This document shows positions 46,201 to 52,570 of a stretch of 64,000 nt of DNA, piece after piece (the first letter of the stretch is position 1; each line of letters starts with the position of its first letter). The notes under the pieces were generated by a model that worked only from the letters and a program-made list of their open reading frames with translations, searched no databases and was not told the origin of the DNA. The stretch spans positions 1,594,616 through 1,658,615 of the forward strand of contig OZ245843.1 of the NCBI GenBank assembly GCA_965228875.1, given 5' to 3'. A program made the position numbers and the translations under genes. The stretch is from Thalassobaculaceae bacterium (GTDB lineage Bacteria > Pseudomonadota > Alphaproteobacteria > Thalassobaculales > Thalassobaculaceae).

Positions 46201-47589
46201 GCCGGTCGTGGTGTCGTCGCCCGATCCGACCGTATCGTCGCCGCCGGTCGTCGTGTCGTCGCCAGAACCGACCGTGTCGTCCTCGCCGGGCGTGGTGTCG
46301 TCGCCCGAACCGACCGTATCGTCGCCGCCAGTCGTCGTATCGTCGCCCGAACCGACCGTGTCTTCGTCATCGGCCGGCGTCTCCTCGTCTTCGGACGTGG
46401 AGGAAAGAGGGCTGGTGGTCGTCTCGTCGGCGACGTCGTCGGTCACCGTTCCACGGGCCCCGACCTCGGGTGTCGTGTCCTCCTGCGTCCGCGACGGGCC
46501 GGTGCCGCCGCCACTACTGGTTTCGATTTCGGGCTCCTCGTCGCCGCCCGTGTCAGCGCCGGCGCGCGGCTCGGACCCGCCATCACTCGCCCCGCCGTCG
46601 TCCGTTCCGCTGTCGACGACGCGGCCGATCCGACCGTCGGAGCCGCCATCGGCCGGGTCGGATGCCCCCGAACCGCTGTCGGCATCGTCGCCCCTGCCGT
46701 TCCTGCCGTCACCCGAACGACCGTCGCGCGAGTCCGAGGAGTCGGAGGACCGCGACGGACCAGAGCGCGCCAACGTGTCGCCGCCAGCACCACCAGTCAG
46801 GTCGCCGCCGTCAAGGTTTCCTCCGGCTCGATCGCCATCACCGAGATCATCCGATGCCGGTCCGGAGCCGGCGTCACCCGCGACGGAATCTGCGCCGCCA
46901 TCCTGGCCGCCGGCCGCTGGATCGCCACCGGCCCCACCATCGTCGGGCGCCATGTCCTGCTGCGCCGCCGGTGTATCAGCGCCGGCATCCCCGCCGTCGC
47001 CGCCACCCTGTTGCCCTGCTCCGCCGCCCGCCTGACGGCCGGCCGCCGTCGCGGCGAGATCGCCCGAATTCGTCGTTCCAGCGGCCACACCGCCGGTCGG
47101 AGCATCGCCGCCGGCGCCACCGGTCGCCTGCTGGGCCGCGCCGCCCCGCTCCTGGCCGCCAGCGGTGTCACCATCGCGCTGACCACCGATGCGGCTTTCG
47201 TGTTGATCGGAACCGCCACGATCACTGCGTTCGCGGCTGTTTCGGCCCTGCTGAACGCCACGCTGGGACTGTCCGTCGTCGCTGTCCCCACCGGAGTCGG
47301 ACTCCCTGCCCCGGCCACCGTCGCGGTCATCGGACTCGCGAACGTCGACGTCCTCGTTCTGGAATCCGCGCCGCTCGCTCTGTTCCACCGTCGACGTGTC
47401 GGGGTTCCGCTGCGAGCCCAGATGAATGTTCGAGTCGGCGGAGCGAGCATCCTCGCCCCGATCGGCGTTGCCATCTCCGCGGTTGTCGCTACCGGGTTTG
47501 CGGTCATCCCGCCCCTGCCCACGATCGCCGCCACGGGATTCAACGCCGAACTGGGCGTCGGCTTCTTGGTTCTGTCGATCGTCGGCCAT
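34258..47589 (-). CDS. Giant RTX-like calcium-binding repeat protein/adhesin (~4,443 aa), probable substrate of the adjacent T1SS
   Basis: SD GAGGGAG 6 nt before ATG 47589; no signal peptide; hundreds of GxG[ND][DN]-type nonapeptides; canonical GGxGxDxL repeats near an acidic C-terminus; Ig/cadherin-like insert. Confidence 0.9.
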   Translation of the reverse strand: MADDRQNQEADAQFGVESRGGDRGQGRDDRKPGSDNRGDGNADRGEDARSADSNIHLGSQRNPDTSTVEQSERRGFQNEDVDVRESDDRDGGRGRESDSGGDSDDGQSQRGVQQGRNSRERSDRGGSDQHESRIGGQRDGDTAGGQERGGAAQQATGGAGGDAPTGGVAAGTTNSGDLAATAAGRQAGGGAGQQGGGDGGDAGADTPAAQQDMAPDDGGAGGDPAAGGQDGGADSVAGDAGSGPASDDLGDGDRAGGNLDGGDLTGGAGGDTLARSGPSRSSDSSDSRDGRSGDGRNGRGDDADSGSGASDPADGGSDGRIGRVVDSGTDDGGASDGGSEPRAGADTGGDEEPEIETSSGGGTGPSRTQEDTTPEVGARGTVTDDVADETTTSPLSSTSEDEETPADDEDTVGSGDDTTTGGDDTVGSGDDTTPGEDDTVGSGDDTTTGGDDTVGSGDDTTTGGGDTVGSGEDTTSGGDDTVGSGDDTTTGGDDTVGSGDDTTTGGDDTVGSGDDTTTGGDDTVGSGEDTTTGGDDTVGSGDDTTTGEDDTVGSGDDTTTGGDDTVGSGDDTTSGGDDTLGSDDDTTTGGDDTVGSGDDTTTGGDDTVGSGDDTTSGGDDTVGSGDDTTTGGDDTVGSGEDTTSGGDDTAAGGGDRPQGNQNRPERMSGTPANDTLSGSRGDDRIDAGAGNDRILAGSGDNRVEAGSGNDYVSAGSGRDTISGGSGRDTIYAGDGNNTVRAGSGDNLVSAGSGSDSISAGKDDDTVRAGDGNNRVDVAGGDDQVYTGRGHDTVDAGDGNNRVETGSGNDRIETGSGRDTILAGSGDNRVEAGSGNDYVSAGSGRDTISGGSGRDTIYAGDGNNTVRAGSGDNLVSAGSGSDSISAGNDDDTVRAGDGNNRVDVAGGDDQVYTGRGHDTVDAGDGNNRVETGSGNDRIETGSGRDTILAGSGDNRVTTGSGNDYVSAGSGRDTISGGSGRDTIYAGDGNNRVNAGSGDNLVSAGSGSDSIASGNDDDTIRAGDGNNTIRAGNGDNEVYAGRGSDAVTVGGGDDRVEVGDGHNTVSAGDGDNRVVSGSGNDRIATGRGDDTIVAGSGDNRVTTGSGNDYVSAGSGRDTISGGSGRDTIYAGDGNNRVNAGSGDNLVSAGSGSDSIASGNDDDTIRAGDGNNTIKAGSGDNEVYAGRGSDAVTVGGGDDRVEVGDGHNTVSAGDGDNRVVSGSGNDRIATGRGDDTIVAGSGDNRVTTGSGNDYVSAGSGRDTISGGSGRDTIYAGDGNNRVNAGSGDNLVSAGSGSDSIASGNDDDTIRAGDGNNTIKAGSGDNEVYAGRGSDAVTVGGGDDRVEVGDGHNTVSAGDGDNRVVSGSGNDRIATGRGDDTIVAGSGDNRVTTGSGNDYVSAGSGRDTISGGSGRDTIYAGDGNNRVNAGSGDNLVSAGSGSDSIASGNDDDTIRAGDGNNTIKAGSGDNEVYAGRGSDAVTVGGGDDRVEVGDGHNTVSAGDGDNRVVSGSGNDRVTTGRGDDTIVAGSGDNRVTTGSGNDYVSAGSGRDTISGGSGRDTIYAGDGNNVVNAGSGDNLVSAGSGSDSIASGNDDDTIRAGDGNNTIKAGSGDNEVYAGRGSDAVTVGGGDDRVEVGDGHNTVSAGDGDNRVVSGSGNDRVTTGRGDDTIVAGSGDNRVTTGSGNDYVSAGSGRDTISGGSGRDTIYAGDGNNVVNAGSGDNLVSAGSGSDSIASGNDDDTIRAGDGNNTIKAGNGDNQVTTGRGSDAVTVGGGDDRVEVGDGHNTVSAGDGDNRVVSGSGNDRIATGRGDDTIVAGSGDNRVTTGSGNDYVSAGSGRDTISGGSGRDTIYAGDGNNRVNAGSGDNLVSAGSGSDSIASGNDDDTIRAGDGNNTIKAGSGDNEVYAGRGSDAVTVGGGDDRVEVGDGHNTVSAGDGDNRVVSGSGNDRIAAGRGDDTIVAGSGDNRVTTGSGNDYVSAGSGRDTISGGSGRDTIYAGDGNNRVNAGSGDNLVSAGSGSDSIASGNDDDTIRAGDGNNTIRAGNGDNQVTTGRGSDAVTVGSGDDRVEVGSGNDTVTAGSGRDTVYAGDGDNRVAAGSGNDYVSAGSGRDTISGGSGRDTIYAGDGNNRVNAGSGDNLVSAGSGSDSIASGNDDDTIRAGDGNNTIKAGNGDNQVTTGRGSDAVTVGGGDDRVEVGDGHNTVSAGDGDNRVVSGSGNDRVTTGRGDDTVVAGSGDNRVTTGSGNDYVSAGSGRDTISGGSGRDTIYAGDGNNRVNAGSGDNLVSAGSGSDSIASGNDDDTIRAGDGNNTIKAGNGDNEIYAGRGSDAVTVGGGADRVEVGDGHNTVSAGDGDNRVVSGSGNDRVTTGRGDDTIVAGSGDNRVTTGSGNDYVSAGSGRDTISGGSGRDTIYAGDGNNRVNAGSGDNLVSAGSGSDSIASGNDDDTIRAGDGNNTIRAGNGDNEVYAGRGSDAVTVGGGDDRVEVGDGHNTVSAGDGDNRVVSGSGNDRVTTGRGDDTIVAGSGDNRVTTGSGNDYVSAGSGRDTISGGSGRDTIYAGDGNNRVNAGSGDNLVSAGSGSDSIASGNDDDTIRAGDGNNTIKAGNGDNEVYAGRGSDAVTVGGGDDRVEVGDGHNTVSAGDGDNRVVSGSGNDRIAAGRGDDTIVAGSGDNRVTTGSGNDYVSAGSGRDTISGGSGRDTIYAGDGNNRVNAGSGDNLVSAGSGSDSIASGNDDDTIRAGDGNNTIRAGNGDNQVTTGRGSDAVTVGSGDDRVEVGSGNDTVTAGSGRDTVYAGDGDNRVAAGSGNDYVSAGSGRDTISGGSGRDTIYAGDGNNRVNAGSGDNLVSAGSGSDSIASGNDDDTIRAGDGNNTVRAGNGDNEVYAGRGSDAVTVGGGDDRVEVGDGHNTVSAGDGDNRVVSGSGNDRVTTGRGDDTIVAGSGDNRVTTGSGNDYVSAGSGRDTISGGSGRDTIYAGDGNNRVNAGDGDNLVSAGSGSDSIASGNDDDTIRAGDGNNTVRAGNGDNEVYAGRGSDAVTVGGGDDRVEVGDGHNTVSAGDGDNRVVSGSGNDRVTTGRGDDTIVAGSGDNRVTTGSGNDYVSAGSGRDTISGGSGRDTIYAGDGNNRVNAGSGDNLVSAGSGSDSIASGNDDDTIRAGDGNNTIKAGSGDNEVYAGRGSDAVTVGGGDDRVEVGDGHNTVSAGDGDNRVVSGSGNDRIATGRGDDTIVAGSGDNRVTTGSGNDYVSAGSGRDTISGGSGRDTIYAGDGNNRVNAGSGDNLVSAGSGSDSIASGNDDDTIRAGDGNNTIRAGNGDNQVTTGRGSDAVTVGSGDDRVDVGSGNDTVTAGSGRDTVYAGDGDNRVAAGSGNDYVSAGSGRDTISGGSGRDTIYAGDGNNRVNAGSGDNLVSAGSGSDSIASGNDDDTIRAGDGNNTIRAGSGDNEVYAGRGSDAVTVGSGDDRVEVGDGTNTVDAGNGDNRVVTGSGNDVIDAGSGRDTIHAGDGNNRIDAGDGRNVVSAGSGSDTISAGGGDDTIRAGDGNNEISAGHGDNEISAGSGSDTISSGNHDDTVRAGDGNNDIDVGKGDNQVYAGRGNDAVTAGSGDDRIEVGEGRNTVDAGDGDNRVVAGSGSDVIRTGKGEDTIVAGAGDNSVEAGRGDDIVSAGSGRDTISGGAGNDLLRAGDGNNQVDGGAGNDTISAGSGRDQLSGGAGNDQIVAGSGNDTAAGGAGADTVDLGDGNDVGVFDVDANRNTRGTDDYRGGAGTDTLRVEMSSDALEGRAGDDAFAIKDYFQDIRDGTADAEDTKAFDGLDLKIDSFENVQFVVDGEVTDINRGPVVSGVQAISLTIGEAGGFESAMIGSGRNSESLDTVGGDVEASPGSIALLSQVEVSDDDREDSITRAEVRVDNLGSAGTVTVGTSIAGVTATVSAQEDGSVVVSFQGDASPALYTELLRSVSLTLSDTPSGESEARISVVVEDEHGASNDPATADLAIDDDRPEVLADSLTGGVGNDTLTGGEANDSLSGGAGDDTLTGGDGDDTLTGGAGDDTLTAAEGGNDLLVGGNGDDTIYGGSGSDTLSGGHGDDLIDGGAGADTMAGGTGADTFVATDGDLVTDYDNQDIVRVAGSVTAENVAVESDGETTQVTVDQDGDGSGDTSFSMTGDYDSVSAETDGETTDLYFGSGQPGDGGNGGGGGGEPAGSEADAGSAGQADETITGSDGDDTLNGSHGNDLISGGEGNDDLNGGNGSDTLSGGAGNDALDGSHSDDALYGGSGDDTLEGGNGQDSLTGGAGNDVLEGSHDADILSGGSGNDTLSGGNADDTLVGGAGDDALVGSHDDDELSGGSGNDTLSAGNGDDTLSGGADDDTLIGGHGDDVLYGDDADEDAALFAEVESGDASDQNDDWVSLSENEAGDDVGGGEEGSEGDDGGDGWSDGDSGDGGGEPMVEDLDSNMQVAGLG
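36420..45570 (-). repeat. Nonapeptide (27-bp) array organised into 432-bp and 378-bp modules
   Basis: The GNDYVSAGS marker recurs at 45464, 45086, 44708, 44276, 43844, 43412, 42980, 42548, 42116, 41684, 41306, 40874, 40442, 40010, 39578, 39200, 38768, 38336, 37904 and 37526. Confidence 0.92.
45648..46362 (-). repeat. About 17 tandem 42-bp repeats encoding DTVGSGDDTTTGGD
   Basis: Counted in the translation. Confidence 0.92.
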
Positions 47590-47785
47590 GGTCATCTCCC
47601 TCACCTGACCCCAAGGTAAGGGTTTTTAGCTAAAATGCAATATAATTGCACCTTCAGGAGTGAGAAAATTCACCGCCATTCCGGGCTTAACGTCGCGACA
47701 TTCATCTTTCCGGTAATCCGTTTCACCAAGCGCCGGTTGCCCAAGGACAGTCACCTACCGTCAGGCTCGCGCCACCCGACGCCCC

Positions 47786-48331
47786 TCACAGGCGGACGAT
47801 GAAAATCCGCGTCACCGCTATCGTCACCAGTTCGAGATACAGGATCATCGCGACCAGCATGCCGTAGCGCTGAACATCGCTCATGCGCCGCGACTTCCGG
47901 GCCCGCGCGGCGGTCGCGAAGCTCGACCATTTCGAGGTGACGAAGGCGATCTTCTGATGCTCGGCCGCCTGCCACCACTGAAGGCTGAGAATGATGAGCA
48001 CGCTGATGACGCTGCACAGCCAGACGATCACCAGCAGGTACTTCGTCAGTTGCGGATCGCTCCAGTTGCTGAGCGTCCCGTAACCGGTCACCGCAATCGC
48101 CCCGAGGCTGAAATAGAGCACGACGCGCCACATCTGTTCCTTGGAGAAACGGATATTGGCCGAGGCGTCGCGGTAGATCTCGATGAACTCGGCGTGGGTC
48201 CGGTCGTCGAGATCGCTCGGGATGTCCTCCACCGGATCCAGCGGATCCTCCACCGTCTGATCCGCACGATCGTCACCGACGGGATGCGGCCTCGAGCGGG
48301 CACCGGGCTTCGGTCGCAGTTCGCGGGCCAT
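47786..48331 (-). CDS. Hypothetical membrane protein (about 3 TM segments)
   Basis: SD GGAGGG; hydrophobic stretches VVLYFSLGAIAVTGY, LLVIVWLCSVISVLIIL and MLVAMILYLELVTIAV. Confidence 0.75.
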   Translation of the reverse strand: MARELRPKPGARSRPHPVGDDRADQTVEDPLDPVEDIPSDLDDRTHAEFIEIYRDASANIRFSKEQMWRVVLYFSLGAIAVTGYGTLSNWSDPQLTKYLLVIVWLCSVISVLIILSLQWWQAAEHQKIAFVTSKWSSFATAARARKSRRMSDVQRYGMLVAMILYLELVTIAVTRIFIVRL

Positions 48332-48478
48332 GGGCGTCCCTCCGTCCTCAACGTGCAGGCACCGGGTAGAGTGAGTCTGCGCCCTTCCGCCGGGATCCGC
48401 AATGCGCGGTGCGCCAAGGGTGCCGAAGCCTGCCTTCCGGGGGCGCGCCTCAGGGCGCGGGCGTTCCGACGAGGCCGT

Positions 48479-49105
48479 TCAGTAATCGAAGCCCGGCGCC
48501 GCCTTGATGCCGGCGTCGAACGGGTGCTTCACCTTGGTCATCTCCGTCACCAGGTCAGCCACATCCATCAGCGCCGCCGGCGCGTCCCGCCCGGTCACGA
48601 TCACTGTCGTGCGCGGGTGCCGGCCGTCCAGCGCCGCCACCACCTCGTCGACCGGGAGGTAGTCGTAGCGCAGCGCGATGTTGAGTTCGTCGAGCACAAC
48701 GAGATCATAGTCGCCGCCGCAGAACATCTCCTGCGCGATATCCCAGGCGGCGCGGGCCGCCTGGATGTCGCGCTCGCGGTCCTGGGTGTCCCAAGTGAAG
48801 CCGTCACCCATCCGCCGGAAGGTGAGCAGGTCGGCGAACCGCTTGAAGAACTCGTTCTCGCCGGTCTTCCACGTTCCCTTGATGAACTGGACCACTCCCA
48901 CCGCACGGCCCCAGCCGAGCGCGCGGATGATCGTGCCGAATGCCGCCGTCGATTTGCCTTTGCCATCGCCGGTATGCACGGCCAGCAGACCGCGATCCGC
49001 CTTCTGCTTGGTCTTCATTCGGGCCCGATGTTCGGCCTGAAGGCGCTTCATGGCGGCGCGGTGGGCCTCGGCGCGAACGGCCTCGTCCGTTTCGGTATCG
49101 GTCAT
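48479..49105 (-). CDS. cobO: Cob(I)yrinic acid a,c-diamide adenosyltransferase
   Basis: HTGDGKGKSTAAFG, VVQFIKG, GFTWDTQD, LDELNIAL, VTGRDAP and KHPFDAG motifs. Confidence 0.95.
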   Translation of the reverse strand: MTDTETDEAVRAEAHRAAMKRLQAEHRARMKTKQKADRGLLAVHTGDGKGKSTAAFGTIIRALGWGRAVGVVQFIKGTWKTGENEFFKRFADLLTFRRMGDGFTWDTQDRERDIQAARAAWDIAQEMFCGGDYDLVVLDELNIALRYDYLPVDEVVAALDGRHPRTTVIVTGRDAPAALMDVADLVTEMTKVKHPFDAGIKAAPGFDY

Positions 49106-49115
49106 CGGATCCTCC

Positions 49116-50072
49116 TCACAAAGGGACTATGGCAGTGGCGGCCGCAACGGCGATCGTGCCGAACCAGACCCGTCGGGCAAGCCGCAGGGCCCGGCGGATG
49201 TCGGCAGCCTCTGCGGTTTCTTCGGCCTCCGTGCCGTCGCCGAACCAGACGCCGGCCACCTCGCGGTCACCGTAGCGGCGCGGCCCTCCGAGCCGGACAC
49301 CGAGCGCCCCGGCCATGGCGGCTTCCGGCCAGCCGGCGTTCGGCGACAGGTGCCCCGCCGCGTCGCGGCGTGCGGTGTTCCAGCTCTCCTGCATCCGCTC
49401 CTCCTCGCTGGCGGCGAGCGCCAGCAGACCGGCGGTGATCCTGGCGGGAATCCAGTTCAGCACATCGTCGAGCCGCGCTGCGGCCCAACCGAACCGGGCG
49501 AAGCGCTCGCTCCGGTGGCCGATCAGGCTGTCGGCGGTGTTGACGGCCTTATAGAAGACCAGCCCCGGCAGGCCGGCCACCGCCAGCCAGAACACCGGCG
49601 CGACATATCCATCCGACAGATTCTCCGCCAGGCTCTCGATCGCCGCCCGGGCGATGGCGGAACCATCCAGCGCAGATGTATCGCGGCCGACGATCTCCGC
49701 CACCGCGGCGCGCGCCGGGCCCAGCCCCTCCGCTCCGTCGAGCGCCCGGGCGACCGCCGACACATGATCCATCAGGCTTCGGCCGGCCAGCAGCACCGCG
49801 GCAACAGCCACGTCTATGTATATGACCGACGACACGCTGGCGTACCAGAAGACCGGAACGGCCCAGGCCGTCAGATAGACCAGCAGCGCCGCCGACCCCG
49901 CCGCACAGCGCCATCCCCCGGGCCAGTGCGGCCTGTTCAACGCCGCCTCCAGCACCATCAACGACCGCCCCATGAGGGTGACCGGGTGGGGCACCCGCGA
50001 CCACAGCCACCGCGGATCGCCGACCAAAGCATCCAGCGCCATGGCGGCGGCGACCAGTTGGGCGCTCAGCAC
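49116..50072 (-). CDS. cobD: Adenosylcobinamide-phosphate synthase CbiB/CobD
   Basis: [41 protein letters not shown] and [15 protein letters not shown] motifs; start approximate. Confidence 0.92.
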   Translation of the reverse strand: MLSAQLVAAAMALDALVGDPRWLWSRVPHPVTLMGRSLMVLEAALNRPHWPGGWRCAAGSAALLVYLTAWAVPVFWYASVSSVIYIDVAVAAVLLAGRSLMDHVSAVARALDGAEGLGPARAAVAEIVGRDTSALDGSAIARAAIESLAENLSDGYVAPVFWLAVAGLPGLVFYKAVNTADSLIGHRSERFARFGWAAARLDDVLNWIPARITAGLLALAASEEERMQESWNTARRDAAGHLSPNAGWPEAAMAGALGVRLGGPRRYGDREVAGVWFGDGTEAEETAEAADIRRALRLARRVWFGTIAVAAATAIVPL

Positions 50073-51538
50073 GCCGCCTCCCACAGCGCGTCGATGTCGA
50101 GGTGGGATTCCAGCGCATCGGCCAGCGCGTCCAAGGCCGCCTCCACCCGCTCGGCGAAGACGAAGCCTCGAGTGCCGGAGAGCCCGACGTAGTCCAGGTA
50201 CCGCGCGCGGAAACCGTCGTCGCCGAGCATGCCGTGCAGGTAGGACCCGACCACGCGCCCGTCGCTGGAAACGATGGCGACCGGTTCGCCCTCGCGCTCG
50301 AGGAACGGCCGCGCCAGTCCGGGACCGGCGGTCCGGCCGGCATGAATCTCGTAGCCCCGGGCCTCGACGCCCAGCAACGGAGCGCGGCAGACCGCGTTGC
50401 GCACGGTCTTGGCCGGTTCGATCACCGTGTCGACATCGAGCAGACCGAGGCCGGGTTCCTCGCCGGGCGGCCCTTCGACACCGTCGGGGTCACTTACCCG
50501 GAGTCCCAGCATCTGGTAGCCGCCGCACAGGCCGAGCACCCGGCCGCCGCGGCGCACATGAGCGCGGATGTCGACATCCCAACCCTGAGCCTTCAGGAAA
50601 CGCAGGTCGGCGACGGTTGACTTCGTCCCCGGCAGAACCACCAGCGCCGCGTCGCCCGGCAGCGCCGTCCCCGGCGGGCAGAACCGCACGTCGAAAGCCG
50701 GATCGGCACGCAGCGGATCCAGGTCGTCGAAATTGGCGATCCGCGAGACCATCGGGACGGCGACCACGGCACGGCCCGTCCCGCCAGTCGGTCCCTGCTC
50801 CAGCACGACCGCGTCCTCAGCGGGGAGCGCGCGGACCTCCGGCAGGAACGGCACCACGCCGAAGCTCGGCCAGCCGGTGCGTTCGACGATCATCGTCAGT
50901 CCGTCGTCAAACAACCGTGGATCGCCGCGAAACAGGTTGACGATGAAGCCGCGAACCCGATCCCGGTCGGTGTCGTCCAGCAGAGCGTGGGTACCGACCA
51001 GGGCGGCGATCACCCCGCCGCGGTTGATGTCGCCGACCAGCACGACCGGCGTGCGCGTCGGCACGGCGAACCCCATGTTGGCGATATCGCCCCGGCGCAG
51101 GTTGGCTTCGGCCGCGCTGCCCGCGCCCTCGACAAGCACCAGATCGGCCTCGGCCTTCAGTCGCTCGAAGCTCTCGACCACTGAATCCAGCAGCGCGCCG
51201 CGCCGGGCCCAGTATTCCCGCGCCTCCGCCGTCTCGAGGGCGCGTCCGCGCAGGACGACCTGGGATCCGGTATCGCTGTTCGGCTTCAGAAGAACCGGGT
51301 TCATGTGAACGCTCGGCGGCACGCCGCAGGCCAGGGCCTGCAGCCACTGCGCACGGCCGATCTCGCCGGCTCCACCTTCGGCATCCTCGGCGACGGCGGC
51401 GTTGTTCGACATGTTCTGAGACTTGAACGGCCGCACGGCGAGGCCGCGACGGGTGAAGACGCGGCACAGCCCCGCCGTCAGCACCGACTTGCCGACGTCG
51501 GAACCGGTTCCCTGGAGCATCAGCGCCCGTGCCGTCAT
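50066..51538 (-). CDS. cobQ: Cobyric acid synthase
   Basis: [45 protein letters not shown] and GYEIH motifs. Confidence 0.95.
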   Translation of the reverse strand: MTARALMLQGTGSDVGKSVLTAGLCRVFTRRGLAVRPFKSQNMSNNAAVAEDAEGGAGEIGRAQWLQALACGVPPSVHMNPVLLKPNSDTGSQVVLRGRALETAEAREYWARRGALLDSVVESFERLKAEADLVLVEGAGSAAEANLRRGDIANMGFAVPTRTPVVLVGDINRGGVIAALVGTHALLDDTDRDRVRGFIVNLFRGDPRLFDDGLTMIVERTGWPSFGVVPFLPEVRALPAEDAVVLEQGPTGGTGRAVVAVPMVSRIANFDDLDPLRADPAFDVRFCPPGTALPGDAALVVLPGTKSTVADLRFLKAQGWDVDIRAHVRRGGRVLGLCGGYQMLGLRVSDPDGVEGPPGEEPGLGLLDVDTVIEPAKTVRNAVCRAPLLGVEARGYEIHAGRTAGPGLARPFLEREGEPVAIVSSDGRVVGSYLHGMLGDDGFRARYLDYVGLSGTRGFVFAERVEAALDALADALESHLDIDALWEAAC

Positions 51539-51547
51539 CGCGTCATC

Positions 51548-52570
51548 CTACCGCGATGCCATCCAGGAGCGCTGGACGATCCAGATGAACACCGGCGCAC
51601 CGATCAGTGCGGTGACGACGCCAAGCTGCAGCCGCTCGCCTCCGGTCGGAATGCGCGTCACCAGATCGGCGAGCGTGATGAGAACCGCGCCACCGAACGC
51701 GCTCGCCGCCAGGACCCGTCCGGGCCGGTACCCGACGAAGGGTCTGACCATGTGCGGCACCACCAGGCCGACGAACCCGACCGCCCCGCACACCGCCACC
51801 ATGGCGCCGACCGCAGCCGAGACGCCGAGCACCACCCGCCAGCGCAGGCCGGCGACGTCGATGCCGAGCGACCGGGTGGTTTCCTCCCCCAGGCTGAGGG
51901 CGTCCAACCCGCGGCCGATATTCGCCATTGCCGCCAAGCCGACGAACACGAACGGTCCGGCGATCAGCAGGTCGGTGGTGGTGCGGTTCTCCAGCGACCC
52001 CAGGAGCCACAGGATCATGTCGCGCAGGGTGATCGGATCCGGAGCAAGGTTGAAGGCGAGAGACGTCAGGGCGGTCGCCAGGCTGGACACGCCGATGCCG
52101 GTCAGGATGAGGACCAGCAGGCTGTCGTTGCGGGCGGCGACGGAGAACAGCAGCACCGTCGCCACCGCCGCCCCGACGATCGCGGCCAGCGGGACGAACA
52201 GCTGCGACAGGGCGGCCAAACCGAAACCGATCGCCACCACGGCACCGAGCCCGGCCGCCGCGGTGACGCCGATCACCCCCGGATCGGCCAAGGGATTGCG
52301 CAGCAGCCCCTGCAGCGCCGCCCCGCAGAAGCCGAGCACGGCCCCCAGCAGGATACCCAGCGCCACCCGCGGCAGGCGAAGCTCGTAGACGATGATCCGG
52401 TCGACCTCGCTGCCGCCACCGGCCAGCGCGTTCAGGACCGCCATCGGCGACAGCGGTGCTGCGCCGATCGACAGAGACACCAGCGACACCGCGACCAGCG
52501 CCGCCGCGAGCATCGGCAGCAGCACCCGGTCGGGCAGTTCGACACTCCGGTCCGCCGTCTCCGCTCTCAT
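51548..52570 (-). CDS. btuC: FecCD/BtuC-family ABC permease
   Basis: LRLPRV, LQGLLRNPLADPG, LSLGEETTRSLG, GFVGLVVPH and ALIGAPVF motifs; ATGA overlap with btuF. Confidence 0.88.
   Translation of the reverse strand: MRAETADRSVELPDRVLLPMLAAALVAVSLVSLSIGAAPLSPMAVLNALAGGGSEVDRIIVYELRLPRVALGILLGAVLGFCGAALQGLLRNPLADPGVIGVTAAAGLGAVVAIGFGLAALSQLFVPLAAIVGAAVATVLLFSVAARNDSLLVLILTGIGVSSLATALTSLAFNLAPDPITLRDMILWLLGSLENRTTTDLLIAGPFVFVGLAAMANIGRGLDALSLGEETTRSLGIDVAGLRWRVVLGVSAAVGAMVAVCGAVGFVGLVVPHMVRPFVGYRPGRVLAASAFGGAVLITLADLVTRIPTGGERLQLGVVTALIGAPVFIWIVQRSWMASR

Noticed and set aside
38038..47619. 3,193-aa open frame on the + strand, antisense to the giant gene
   Set aside because: Shadow ORF. The sense gene rarely uses the codons (TTA/CTA/TCA) that create antisense stops in this frame, and the repeat propagates the open frame. 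The product is an R/V/A/H-rich mirror with no SD or domain.
47636..47650. Palindrome upstream of the giant gene as an NrdR box or sigma54 promoter
   Set aside because: The core is 11 bp (CAATATAATTG), not the 10-bp NrdR core, and no GG-N10-GC spacing was found.
26971..47700. thyX-T1SS-adhesin block as a mobile genomic island or prophage
   Set aside because: No integrase, transposase, tRNA or flanking direct repeats were seen, and codon usage matches the rest of the window.
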